The position numbers and the translations under genes are program-made. DNA of 64,000 nt from contig OZ219747.1 in the NCBI GenBank assembly GCA_964291265.2, forward strand, positions 4,224,001 through 4,288,000, in the 5' to 3' direction. Below are positions 50,142 to 59,985 of the stretch, one piece after another (position 1 is the stretch's first letter; every line of letters starts with the position of its first letter). The DNA comes from Alphaproteobacteria bacterium (lineage in GTDB: Bacteria; Pseudomonadota; Alphaproteobacteria; SP197). The notes beneath the pieces are model-generated. The model did not search any database. It was not told where the DNA came from and saw only the letters and a list, made by a program, of their open reading frames with translations.

Positions 50142-51083
50142 TCAAAGGGCGGCGAGGAATGCTTCGACGTCGCTCGGGGTCTCCACTGGCGCAGCCCTGA
50201 TGTTCCGATCGATCTTGCGCATCAGTCCGCACAACGTTCTGCCGGTACCGAGCTCGGCTACTGACTCGACTTCATGTTCAGCGAGTCCACTCATGCTCTC
50301 GCGCCAGCGCACCCGAGCCGTGATCTGCTCGACAAGGAGACGACGCATGTCTGTCGGCGATGTCTCCGGCCTTGCGGTCACATTGCTCACCACCGGAACA
50401 GCGGGAGTGGCGAACGTCACCGCCGCCAGGGCCTCTTCCATGCGCCGGGCAGCGGGCTCCATGAGAGGCGAATGAAAGGGTGCGCTCACCTGGAGTGGCA
50501 CAATACGGCCGGCGCCTCGCCGCAATGCCAGGTTCGATGCCTCCTCGACCGCCTCCTTCTTTCCCGAGACCACAACCTGTGATGGCGCATTGTCGTTGCC
50601 GACGACACAGACACCGACACGTGACGCTTCGGCAGCGATGTCGGTGACGTCGTCGATCTCCAGCCCGACCACTGCAGCCATGGCCCCTTCTCCGGCTGGC
50701 ACCGCCTCCTGCATGGCCCTGCCACGCAGATCGAGCAGGCGCGCCGTGTCAGCAAGACCCAGCACCCCGGAAGCCACAAGGGCCGAGTACTCGCCAAGGG
50801 AATGACCCGCCGCCAGTCGACACAGCGCCTGAACCGGTCGGCCGCTCTCGGACACGATGACTCGCAGCACAGCCACGGAAACCGCCATGAGGGCCGGCTG
50901 AGCATTGCCGGTGAGCGTCAGATCGTCGGCATCGCCCTCGCGCATCAGGCGCGAGAGGTGGCGGCCGAGGGCATCGTCAACCTCCTCGAACACTTCACGC
51001 GACACCGCAAAGGCATCGGCGAGCGCCGTTCCCATGCCGGGGTGCTGGCTGCCCTGTCCCGGAAACACGAACATGCGAGTCAT
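50142..51083 (-). CDS. fabD: Malonyl-CoA:ACP transacylase
   Basis: FPGQGSQ, GHSLGEY, VSAPFHS. Confidence 0.95.
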   Translation of the reverse strand: MTRMFVFPGQGSQHPGMGTALADAFAVSREVFEEVDDALGRHLSRLMREGDADDLTLTGNAQPALMAVSVAVLRVIVSESGRPVQALCRLAAGHSLGEYSALVASGVLGLADTARLLDLRGRAMQEAVPAGEGAMAAVVGLEIDDVTDIAAEASRVGVCVVGNDNAPSQVVVSGKKEAVEEASNLALRRGAGRIVPLQVSAPFHSPLMEPAARRMEEALAAVTFATPAVPVVSNVTARPETSPTDMRRLLVEQITARVRWRESMSGLAEHEVESVAELGTGRTLCGLMRKIDRNIRAAPVETPSDVEAFLAAL

Positions 51084-51178
51084 GACAATTGAAACCTGCC
51101 GTGGTTGTCCGACGGGCACTCAACGAATGCCACCCCGCGGTTGTCAAGGCCCGGGCTCGTGCCGGTCGGCAAAATCGC

Positions 51179-51319
51179 TTGCATCCCCCGTATTGTCTCT
51201 ATAGTGTGCCACCCTTGCGGCCGGGCGCAATAGAGCCGGACGCAAGCGGGTTGTTGCGTCCGCTCCTTGCCTGACGCGAGTCTGAACGTTCCGGATCAAC
51301 GATGTGAGCTGAAAGTTCG
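51179..51319 (+). promoter_or_regulatory. Putative sigma70 promoter and structured rpsF leader (possible S6:S18-binding RNA)
   Basis: TTGCAT...TATAGT, 9-bp stem CGGACGCAA/TTGCGTCCG followed by CTCCTTGCC. Confidence 0.4.
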
Positions 51320-51739
51320 ATGCCGTTCTACGAGAGTGTCTTTATCGTCCGCCCGGACTCCTCTCCGCAACAGGTCGAGGCCCTTGCCGGCAAGATGGAA
51401 ACCCTGATCCAGGAAAGCGGCGGCGATGTTCCCAAGACCGAGATCTGGGGACTGAAGTCCCTGGCATATCGCATCAAGAAGAACCGCAAGGGCCACTACG
51501 TCTTCATGAACGTCGATGCGTCGGTCGAGACGCTCGGTGAATTCGAGCGCAACTTGCGTTTCAACGAGGACGTGCTGCGATTCATGTCGGTGCGCGTCGA
51601 CCGCCTCGATTCGGAGGTCTCGCCCATGATGCGCAACAAGTCGAGCCGGGATGACCGATCAATCCGGCGCAACACCGGTGCGGAGAAACCGCAAGCCTCG
51701 GAGACCCCGGACGCCGAATCGAAGGAAGGGGAATCGTGA
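51320..51739 (+). CDS. rpsF: 30S ribosomal protein S6
   Basis: [28 protein letters not shown]. Confidence 0.97.
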   Translation: MPFYESVFIVRPDSSPQQVEALAGKMETLIQESGGDVPKTEIWGLKSLAYRIKKNRKGHYVFMNVDASVETLGEFERNLRFNEDVLRFMSVRVDRLDSEVSPMMRNKSSRDDRSIRRNTGAEKPQASETPDAESKEGES

Positions 51740-51975
51740 TGGCCCCTCCTGCCCGCAGACCTTACTGGCGCCGTCGCAAATCCTGTCCATTTTCCGGACC
51801 CAACGCTCCGGTGATCGATTACAAGGACGTAAAGCTGCTGCAGAGATACATCTCCGAGCGAGGGAAGATCGTCCCTTCACGCATCACCGCCGTCTCGGCC
51901 AAGAAACAGCGCGAACTCGCAAAGGCAATCAAGCGCGCCCGCTATCTCGCACTGTTGCCGTACGTCGCACAGTAG
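51739..51975 (+). CDS. rpsR: 30S ribosomal protein S18
   Basis: [25 protein letters not shown]. Confidence 0.97.
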   Translation: MAPPARRPYWRRRKSCPFSGPNAPVIDYKDVKLLQRYISERGKIVPSRITAVSAKKQRELAKAIKRARYLALLPYVAQ

Positions 51976-51995
51976 GCGCACGCCGTCCTTGCCCC

Positions 51996-52988
51996 TTGAA
52001 GAACAGGGCAGTCCCTCTCAACCCGCTCGTTCCCCTGGTGGCGATGGTCGCGGCCTTCGTCAGCGCGTTGCTCTTCGGCTTCGGCATGGCATCGTCCTTC
52101 TGGGGTCTGTTTCTGATCATCGCCTCGCCACTGCCGATCTACGTGGCAGGTCTGGGCTGGGGGTCCCTTGCATCGGGATTCGCCGGCGTCCTCGCCGTCG
52201 CATGCCTGCTGATGTTCTTCGACCCGGTGACGACCAGCGTCTACAGCCTGGGGTTCGTGGTTCCGGCGTTCATTCTCGCGCATCTCGCCATCCAGCCCGT
52301 GACGGGGAGCGACGAGACCCCGCGCTGGCTCCCGTCCTCGGCTCTCGCAAGAGTGTTCCTTGTTGTCGGTCTCATCGAGATCACCCTTCTCACCGTCGTT
52401 CTCGCGATGACCGAGGCCGGACTCGCAGGCACGGTGCGAGGCGACCTCCACGAGGTTGCAAGCTGGTTCGAGCAATCGGACGAGGAATCACGCCAGGCGT
52501 TGGCGGAGCTTGTCGATTTCTGGGATTCCCTGGTGCCGGGCACTCTGGTGGGCGGCATCATGATCGGGCATGCGGTCATGGGAGCACTGGCTCAGGGGCT
52601 GTTGGTCAGCTTCGCCTCTCCGATGCGTCCCTCGCCTGTATTCTGGCAACTGCGCCTTCCGGTGTGGCCGGCCATCGCTGCCCTCGCCGCCGCTGCGGTG
52701 GCGCTGGGCGCCGACACCCTGGCTGGATCGACTGGCGGACTGGCTGCCCTCGTGGTTTACCTTGCAACGGGAATTGTTCTGGTCCTGAGCACTGGTTTTC
52801 TGCTACAGGGCTTGGCGGTCCTGCATGCCCTCACCCGTGGCATGGGGATGCAACCCCTGTTTCTCATGGCAGGTTACGTAGTGGTGCTCGTCTTCCAGCC
52901 ATTCGGCGCCCTCGCCTTCGCGGCCATCGGGTTTGCCGATTGCTGGGCGGGATTTCGTGAACGGTTCGGCGCCGCTGACGGCGTCTGA
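51996..52988 (+). CDS. DUF2232-like membrane protein
   Basis: Multi-TM protein between rpsR and rplI; QGLAVLH motif; start uncertain. Confidence 0.75.
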   Translation: MKNRAVPLNPLVPLVAMVAAFVSALLFGFGMASSFWGLFLIIASPLPIYVAGLGWGSLASGFAGVLAVACLLMFFDPVTTSVYSLGFVVPAFILAHLAIQPVTGSDETPRWLPSSALARVFLVVGLIEITLLTVVLAMTEAGLAGTVRGDLHEVASWFEQSDEESRQALAELVDFWDSLVPGTLVGGIMIGHAVMGALAQGLLVSFASPMRPSPVFWQLRLPVWPAIAALAAAAVALGADTLAGSTGGLAALVVYLATGIVLVLSTGFLLQGLAVLHALTRGMGMQPLFLMAGYVVVLVFQPFGALAFAAIGFADCWAGFRERFGAADGV

Positions 52989-53003
52989 GTATGGAGACCC
53001 ACA

Positions 53004-53600
53004 ATGGACATCGTTCTTCTTGAACGCATCGACAAGCTCGGAAACATGGGCGACGTGGTCGCGGTGCGCCCCGGCTATGCACGCAACCACCTGCTGCCCC
53101 AGGGAAAGGCGCTGAGGGCGACTCGGGACAATATCGCCCGCTTTGAAGCCGAACGGGCGGAGCGCGAGGAACGCAACCTCGAGCGGCGCGGCTCGGCGAG
53201 CTCCCTCAAGGAGAAGATGGAACGCGTCCACGTCACCCTCATCCGCCAGGCAGCCGACAACCTGCAGCTCTATGGTTCCGTGAAGGCCCGTGACATTGCC
53301 GACGGGCTCGCGGAACTGGGCTTTCCGGTCGACCGCCGCAACGTCGTGCTTGACCGCCCCATCAAGACCCTGGGCCTCTTCGAGGTCACCACTCTCCTCC
53401 ACCCGGAGGTGCCGGTCACGGTTGTCGCCAATGTGGCCCGCACCACCGAGGAAGCCATGGTCCAGGAGGCCACGGGACGCGCCTTCCACCGCGCCGACGA
53501 GGAGGACGAAGTGGAGGACATGGACGAGGGGACGATGGATGAAGAGGCGGTGGACGAGACCGCAGAAGAGGACGTTGACGACCCGCCACTCCAGGAGTGA
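53004..53600 (+). CDS. rplI: 50S ribosomal protein L9
   Basis: LGNMGDVVAVRPGYARNHLLPQGKA, LYGSV. Confidence 0.97.
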   Translation: MDIVLLERIDKLGNMGDVVAVRPGYARNHLLPQGKALRATRDNIARFEAERAEREERNLERRGSASSLKEKMERVHVTLIRQAADNLQLYGSVKARDIADGLAELGFPVDRRNVVLDRPIKTLGLFEVTTLLHPEVPVTVVANVARTTEEAMVQEATGRAFHRADEEDEVEDMDEGTMDEEAVDETAEEDVDDPPLQE

Positions 53601-53635
53601 CGATACTCAAGTCGGAACGGCGATCAGGAGGAGGC

Positions 53636-54850
53636 ATGCTTATCTCCGGGCTTGTCAGGCGCTTCATGTCGGTCGGCCATCTGCGGATCATCGATGCCCG
53701 GAACCGTGTCCATGACTTCGGCACTGTCGGCGAGACACCTTCAGTTGCCGTGCGGTTCCACGATCCTGGACTGGTCCGCAAGATCGCCCTCAACCCCCGC
53801 CTGGCGGTCGGTGAGGCCTACATGGACGGCACGCTCACCATCGAGGACGGCACCATCGTCGACTTCTGGGAGGTGATCGGCCGCAACTACCGCAATCTCG
53901 GCCGCCATGATTCCATGGGCCGCATCGCCATCTGGCTGCGCCGCTACCTGCTCGGGCCGATGCAGCAGTACAATCCCGTCGGCAGGGCTCGGCGCAACGT
54001 CGCCCATCACTATGACCTCTCGGACGAACTGTTCGATCTCTTCCTCGATGCGGATCGCCAGTATTCCTGCGCCTACTTCACCACACCCAACAGCACCCTG
54101 GATCAGGCTCAGGCGGACAAGAAGCGGCATATTGCCGCCAAGCTTCTCCTGGAACCCGGCATGAAGGTTCTCGACATTGGTTCCGGCTGGGGCGGCATGG
54201 GTCTCTACCTGGCACAGGTTGCCAATGTCGACGTTACCGGCGTGACCCTGTCAAGGGAGCAGCACGAAGTCTCCAACAGGCGGGTGCACGAGCACGGCCT
54301 CGAGGAGCGGGTCAGGTTCCAGTTGAAGGACTACCGCGAGCTCGACGAGACCTTCGACCGCATCGTCTCCGTCGGCATGTTCGAGCACGTTGGTTCACGC
54401 CACTATTCGGAGTTCTTCAACAAGATCCGTGGCCTGTTGCGCCACAACGGAGTCATGCTGCTGCATTCGATCGGCTGGACAGGTGAACCGAGCAACACCA
54501 ATCCCTGGATTCGCAAGTACATTTTCCCCGGCGGTTACACGCCATCCCTCTCCGAGGTGCTGGCGCCAATGGAACGCACCGGGCTGATCGCCACCGACAT
54601 CGAGATCCTGAAGACGCATTACGCCGAAACCCTGAGACACTGGTACAGGAGATTCGCCGAGAACCGGGACAGGATCCGCGACCGGTACGATGAACGTTTC
54701 TGCCGCATGTGGGAGTTCTATCTCCTGGGGAGCGAATCGTCCTTCCGCCACAGCGAACACATGGTGTTCCAGCTGCAGCTCACCAGAGAACGCCTCGCCA
54801 CCCCGGAGATTCGCGACTACATGGTCGATTGGGAACGCTCGCACCGCTGA
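53636..54850 (+). CDS. cfa: Cyclopropane-fatty-acyl-phospholipid synthase family methyltransferase
   Basis: HHYDL, QYSCAYF, LDIGSGWG, VSVGMFEHVG, YIFPGG. Confidence 0.88.
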   Translation: MLISGLVRRFMSVGHLRIIDARNRVHDFGTVGETPSVAVRFHDPGLVRKIALNPRLAVGEAYMDGTLTIEDGTIVDFWEVIGRNYRNLGRHDSMGRIAIWLRRYLLGPMQQYNPVGRARRNVAHHYDLSDELFDLFLDADRQYSCAYFTTPNSTLDQAQADKKRHIAAKLLLEPGMKVLDIGSGWGGMGLYLAQVANVDVTGVTLSREQHEVSNRRVHEHGLEERVRFQLKDYRELDETFDRIVSVGMFEHVGSRHYSEFFNKIRGLLRHNGVMLLHSIGWTGEPSNTNPWIRKYIFPGGYTPSLSEVLAPMERTGLIATDIEILKTHYAETLRHWYRRFAENRDRIRDRYDERFCRMWEFYLLGSESSFRHSEHMVFQLQLTRERLATPEIRDYMVDWERSHR

Positions 54851-54974
54851 AGGGGTCATTCCCGAGTCCCCCCCTCTGATTCCCACAGACGATCCCCTGC
54901 AATTTCTCCGGCACCGGTCCACCCCGGCAGTGGTTTCATGCCATAGTGCAGCGGATGAAGCACCCGCCCGCACC

Positions 54975-56480
54975 ATGACACAGGCCGCTCTCGGCGATCT
55001 CAAGCCCCACGGCGAGGCCGGGTATCGCCCGCTGCCCTACAACGAGCAGGCGGAGCAGTCGTTGCTCGGCGCCCTCCTGGTGAAGAACGACATCCTCGAC
55101 GACATCGAGCGCATCCTGCTGCCCGAGTCCTTCTTCATTCCGGTGCACCGAAGAATCTACGAAGCGATCCGCCACGTTGCCGGCAAGGGTCAGATCGCGA
55201 CCCCCATCACCCTTGGCGCCTACTTTGCCGACGACGAGGCCCTTTCCGGAGTCGGCGGCACCGGTTATCTCGCCAAGCTCGCCGCATCGGCGGCCATGAT
55301 CATCAATGCCGATGACTTCGCTCGGCAGATCCAGGAACATCACATGCGCCGGCAGCTTGTCGACATCGGCGAGACCATGGTGAACGACGCCTACGAGTTC
55401 ACCATCGACCACGACGCGATGGCGCAGATCGAGGAGGCGGAAAGGTCGCTATTCGACCTTGCCGAACACGGCGAGACGAAGAGGGCCTTCCGGTCTTTCC
55501 AGGAAGTCACGGTTCCGACTCTGGAGATGATGGAAGCCGCGTTCCGCGACAGCAGCGGACTGGCGGGGCAGTCCACGGGACTGAAGAATCTCGACGACCA
55601 GATTGGCGGCCTGTCGCGAACCGATCTCCTGGTTCTGGCAGCCCGTCCCGGCATGGGAAAGACATCGCTTGCCACCACGCTCGCTCTCCATGTCGCCAGA
55701 CACAATCTCGAGGAGGCCGGGTCCGGCAGCGACTCACCCAGCCGGGTCGGCATCTTCTCCCTCGAGATGTCCGCCGAGCAGCTGGTCGCACGGATACTGG
55801 CCGAAGAAACCGGCATCCCCTCGCAGATGATCCGCAACGGTCACATCAAGCTCGCCGACTTCGAGGACCTGGTGACCGCGGCTCAGCGCCTTTCGGCCGT
55901 GCCCCTGCATATCGACGACACTCCGGCCATCAGCATCGCCCAGCTGCGCGGCCGTGCCCGCCGCCTCAAGCGCCAGTCAGGCGGGCTCTCCCTCATCATC
56001 GTCGACTACCTGCAACTTGTCGTCTCGGCGCACCGCTCGGGCGGCGAAAGAAACAGGGTGCAGGAAGTGTCCGAGATCACCCAGGGTCTCAAGGCCCTGG
56101 CCAAGGAACTCGATGTTCCGGTGATAGCCTGTTCGCAACTCTCCCGGGCCGTGGAGCAGCGCGAGGACAAGCGGCCGCTGCTGTCCGATCTTCGTGAATC
56201 GGGGTCCATCGAACAGGATGCCGACATCGTCATGTTCCTGTTCCGCCAGGAATACTACCACGAACGCAGGAAACCGCAGCCCAAGGACGACGAGAACGAG
56301 GACGATCCCGCCTTCCGCCGCCGCCTCGAACGGTGGGAGACAGAAATGCAGGACCTGCGCGGCGTCTCCGAGGTCATCGTTGCCAAGAACCGGCACGGAC
56401 CGACCGGGGACGCGAGGCTGCATTTCAATTCCTCGACCACCAGGTTCATGGATCTGGACAGCCGCTACGCCTCCCCATGA
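54975..56480 (+). CDS. dnaB: Replicative DNA helicase
   Basis: AARPGMGKT, FSLEMS, VDYLQL, SQLSR, DLRESGSIEQDAD, KNRHGPTG. Confidence 0.97.
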   Translation: MTQAALGDLKPHGEAGYRPLPYNEQAEQSLLGALLVKNDILDDIERILLPESFFIPVHRRIYEAIRHVAGKGQIATPITLGAYFADDEALSGVGGTGYLAKLAASAAMIINADDFARQIQEHHMRRQLVDIGETMVNDAYEFTIDHDAMAQIEEAERSLFDLAEHGETKRAFRSFQEVTVPTLEMMEAAFRDSSGLAGQSTGLKNLDDQIGGLSRTDLLVLAARPGMGKTSLATTLALHVARHNLEEAGSGSDSPSRVGIFSLEMSAEQLVARILAEETGIPSQMIRNGHIKLADFEDLVTAAQRLSAVPLHIDDTPAISIAQLRGRARRLKRQSGGLSLIIVDYLQLVVSAHRSGGERNRVQEVSEITQGLKALAKELDVPVIACSQLSRAVEQREDKRPLLSDLRESGSIEQDADIVMFLFRQEYYHERRKPQPKDDENEDDPAFRRRLERWETEMQDLRGVSEVIVAKNRHGPTGDARLHFNSSTTRFMDLDSRYASP

Positions 56481-57589
56481 CGGATCCTGTTGACGCGACG
56501 GCCTCCCGCCTTGTCATCGATCTCGATGCACTCACACGCAACTGGCAGGCCCTGGCGCGCATGGTCCAGCCAGCGGAGTGTGCCGCGGTCGTCAAGGCAG
56601 ACGCCTACGGCCTCGGCGCGGCGCAGGTGGCGCAATCCCTGGCCGACGCCGGATGCCGGAGCTTCTTCGTCGCCAACCCGGATGGCGCCGCGGCGCTCCG
56701 GCTCGTTCTCGGCGATGCGGTAACGATCTATGTGCTCAACGGCCTCATTGCCGAGACCGGTGATCTTGCCGGTCTCGACCTGGTTCCCGTTCTCAACGAC
56801 CTCGGGCAGATCGTCCAGTGGGCCGACGAGGCGCGGCGCCTGGAACGGCGCCTGGGTGCCGTCGTTCACATCGACACCGGCATGTCGCGGCTGGGGCTGC
56901 CACCAGCGGAAACGGCGAGGCTGGCCGCCTCTCCCGAACTCCTGGCGCCACTCGATCTTCACTTCGTCATGAGCCACCTGTCGTGTGCCAGCGAGCCCGG
57001 GCAGACCGAAAATCACCGTCAGCTCGAACTGTTGCGGGATGCCATGCGGTCCTTTCCGGGGGTCCGTGCCAGCCTGGCCAATTCATCGGGCATCTTTCTC
57101 GGGAAGGCTTGGCACCATGATCTCGTGCGTCCGGGCTATGCCGTCTACGGTGGCAACCCGACGCCTTCCGGAGCCAATCCCATGGAAGCCGTCATCCGGC
57201 TGACGGCCCGGATCATCCAGGTGCGCGAGGTGCCGGCCGGTACGCGTGTCGGTTACGGCGGGACCTACACGACAGAGCGTGCCACGCGCCTTGCCACCCT
57301 GCCGGTCGGCTATGCGGACGGCTACCCACGGGCGCTTGGCAACCTGGCGCATGCCTGCATCGGTGCCAGCGTCGTCCCCGTGGTCGGACACGTTTCCATG
57401 GACCTGATGACACTGGACATAGGCGGTGTGTCGGAGGACAGGGCCCACGTGGGAAGTTGGGTCGACCTCATCAGGGGGCGCGCCATGCTGGACGACCTCG
57501 CCGCAAGGGCCGGCACCATCGGCTACGAGTTGCTCACGTCACTGGGCACCCGCTACGCACGCCAATGGCTCGGCGGGGCGTTTGGATGA
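56477..57589 (+). CDS. alr: Alanine racemase
   Basis: AVVKADAYGLG, HIDTGMSRLG, GYADG. Confidence 0.95.
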   Translation: MTDPVDATASRLVIDLDALTRNWQALARMVQPAECAAVVKADAYGLGAAQVAQSLADAGCRSFFVANPDGAAALRLVLGDAVTIYVLNGLIAETGDLAGLDLVPVLNDLGQIVQWADEARRLERRLGAVVHIDTGMSRLGLPPAETARLAASPELLAPLDLHFVMSHLSCASEPGQTENHRQLELLRDAMRSFPGVRASLANSSGIFLGKAWHHDLVRPGYAVYGGNPTPSGANPMEAVIRLTARIIQVREVPAGTRVGYGGTYTTERATRLATLPVGYADGYPRALGNLAHACIGASVVPVVGHVSMDLMTLDIGGVSEDRAHVGSWVDLIRGRAMLDDLAARAGTIGYELLTSLGTRYARQWLGGAFG

Positions 57590-57641
57590 GGATGACCACG
57601 ACCTTCCCGCTCGCGGGTCGACGCCGCTGGCGGCGGGCCGG

Positions 57642-58415
57642 ATGAACCCTCTGGCGTCGGTCGGAGCGACGTTCCTCGCCTTTCTCGCCGGAACCGGGCG
57701 GATTGTCCTCTTTGCCGCTCTCGGCCTTGCCAGTTGCGTCACGCCACCCTGGCACGTGCGCAACATCGGCCGCCAGATCATCGACATCGGCTACTATTCA
57801 CTCCCTGTGGTCGGCCTGACGGCGATCTTCACCGGCATGGTCCTGGCCCTGCAGAGCTACACCGGTTTCTCGCGTTTCGAAGCGGAGAACGCCATAGCCG
57901 GAATCGTCGTTCTGTCCGTTACACGTGAACTCGGACCGGTCCTTGCCGGTCTCATGGTCGCCGGGCGTGTCGGCGCGGCGATGGCGGCCGAGATCGGTAC
58001 CATGCGTGTCACCGAACAGATCGATGCCCTGACGACGCTCCAGGCATCTCCGCGCCGCTATCTCGTTGCACCGCGCCTGATCGCCGCGACGCTGACCCTG
58101 CCCGTGCTTGTTCTGGTGGCCGATGTCATCGGCGTGCTGGGCGGCTATCTCGTGTCGGTCCACAAGCTGGGTTTCAACCCGTCGGTCTATCTCGCCAGCA
58201 CCATCGATATCCTCGAACCGGTCGACGTGATCTCGGGTCTCGTCAAGGCCGCCGTGTTCGGCTTTCTCGTAGCTCTCACGGGGTGCTATCACGGCTGGCA
58301 CTCGAGGCGGGGAGCCCAGGGCGTGGGACAGGCGACGACACTTGCCGTGGTGTCGGGATCCATCCTCATCCTGACCTTCAACTACGTTGTCACGGAGATC
58401 TTCTTTTCACGATGA
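57642..58415 (+). CDS. mlaE: MlaE family ABC permease
   Basis: RELGPVLAGLMVAGRVGAAMAAEIGTMRVTEQIDAL. Confidence 0.93.
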   Translation: MNPLASVGATFLAFLAGTGRIVLFAALGLASCVTPPWHVRNIGRQIIDIGYYSLPVVGLTAIFTGMVLALQSYTGFSRFEAENAIAGIVVLSVTRELGPVLAGLMVAGRVGAAMAAEIGTMRVTEQIDALTTLQASPRRYLVAPRLIAATLTLPVLVLVADVIGVLGGYLVSVHKLGFNPSVYLASTIDILEPVDVISGLVKAAVFGFLVALTGCYHGWHSRRGAQGVGQATTLAVVSGSILILTFNYVVTEIFFSR

Positions 58416-59173
58416 ACCACCCCATGATTCGCGTTCGCGACCTGCGGAAGAGCTTCCCGGCCCGGAGTGTGCTGGACGGCGTGAGTTTCGACGTCGCGCA
58501 AGGCGAGGCATTCGTCATCATCGGCGGGTCCGGGTCCGGCAAGTCCGTCACCCTGAAGTGTATCCTCGGTCTCATCAGCCCCGATGCGGGAAAGATCATG
58601 ATCGATGGGACGGCCATTCGGCCGGACGATACCGGTGTCATGGCGCGGTTCGGCATGCTGTTCCAGGGCGGAGCGCTGTTCGACAGTCTTGCGGTATGGG
58701 AAAATGTGGCCTTCCGGCAGATCCACACCGGCGCCCTCGGCCGCGCACAGGCGAGGGATTCCGCCAGTGAGACCCTTGGCCTGGTCGGGCTCGGAGAGGA
58801 TGTCGCTGACCTCCTTCCCGCCGAACTGTCGGGAGGCATGATGAAACGGGTCGCCCTGGCTCGCGCCATCTCGTCCCGGCCTGACATCGTCTTCCTGGAC
58901 GAGCCGACAACCGGCCTCGATCCAATCATGGCCGATGTCATCAATGATCTCATCGTCTCGGTGAGCCGCCGTCTTGGCATCACCACGGTCTCGATCACCC
59001 ATGACATGGCGAGCGCACGCAAGATCGCAGACCGGATCGCGATGCTGCATGACGGGCGCCTCATCTGGCAGGGCAGCGCCGCCGACATCGACCGGAGCGG
59101 CAACGCCCATGTCGACCAGTTCATCAACGGCCGCGCCGACGGCCCCATCTCCATGAGTGTGCTGCGTCGTTGA
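58412..59173 (+). CDS. mlaF: MlaF family ABC ATPase
   Basis: GGSGSGKS, FQGGALFDSL, LSGGMMKRV, DEPTTGLDP. Confidence 0.92.
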   Translation: MNHPMIRVRDLRKSFPARSVLDGVSFDVAQGEAFVIIGGSGSGKSVTLKCILGLISPDAGKIMIDGTAIRPDDTGVMARFGMLFQGGALFDSLAVWENVAFRQIHTGALGRAQARDSASETLGLVGLGEDVADLLPAELSGGMMKRVALARAISSRPDIVFLDEPTTGLDPIMADVINDLIVSVSRRLGITTVSITHDMASARKIADRIAMLHDGRLIWQGSAADIDRSGNAHVDQFINGRADGPISMSVLRR

Positions 59174-59294
59174 GTCCGGTGTCGGACCGAGTTATGGACA
59201 CGATGCCGCCAGTCATGCAAAGAGGGTGGACCGGCGGTGGCCATGATGGCGCGGTTCTGCCGCGTGTGGGCACCGGCGACAGAGGGCAAACTGC

Positions 59295-59969
59295 ATGAAC
59301 GAGTTGCCGGTCACCGTCACGGACCTCGTCATTCTCGGGGTTGTCTTCATTTCCGGGTTCCTCGCCTACTATCGCGGAGCCATGCGCGAGTTCCTCTTTC
59401 TCGCCACCTGGGGCGGAGCTGCCCTCGCAACGGTCTACCTCTACGATCACTCCTGGCCCGTTCTGGCGGGCTGGATCGGCAATGATCCGCTGATCGTGGC
59501 CATTGCCAATGCGGCGGGCCTCTTTGTCGTCGCGCTCGCCTGCCTCAGTCTCGTGTCATCGCTGGTGGTACGGCGCACCCGGGGAGCCGGGCTCGACATG
59601 CTCGACAGATCGGTCGGGTTCGTGTTCGGCCTTGTCCGCGGCGCGCTCGTGGTCTGCCTCGTCTTTCTGGTTTACGGCCTGCTCGCCCCTGCCGGTGAAC
59701 GGCCGGGGTGGATCGAGGAAGCACGACTCACACCGGTCATTGATCGGGGATCCCTGCTGCTCATCGAACTGACGCCCGATGAATGGGACCTCGACAGCGA
59801 CGATTTCCTGATCCGGACGAGGAACGCAGCGGCTGAAGAGGCCCTGCGGTCCTACAGCGACCTGATTGATCCCCAGACACCGCCAGGTGATGCTGACGCG
59901 GAGGGTGAGGAAGGGTACAATGAGGAGGACCGGTCGGCGCTCGAATCCATCATCGCTGGCGACGAATGA
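59295..59969 (+). CDS. cvpA: CvpA family protein
   Basis: RGAMRE, DRSVGFVFGLVRG; directly upstream of purF. Confidence 0.9.
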   Translation: MNELPVTVTDLVILGVVFISGFLAYYRGAMREFLFLATWGGAALATVYLYDHSWPVLAGWIGNDPLIVAIANAAGLFVVALACLSLVSSLVVRRTRGAGLDMLDRSVGFVFGLVRGALVVCLVFLVYGLLAPAGERPGWIEEARLTPVIDRGSLLLIELTPDEWDLDSDDFLIRTRNAAAEEALRSYSDLIDPQTPPGDADAEGEEGYNEEDRSALESIIAGDE

Positions 59970-59985
59970 ACAAGGGCCGACAGAT

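Noticed and set aside
51651-52988. 445-aa ORF overlapping rpsF and rpsR
   Set aside because: The N-terminal part is an alternate frame of ribosomal protein genes; the real gene starts near 51996
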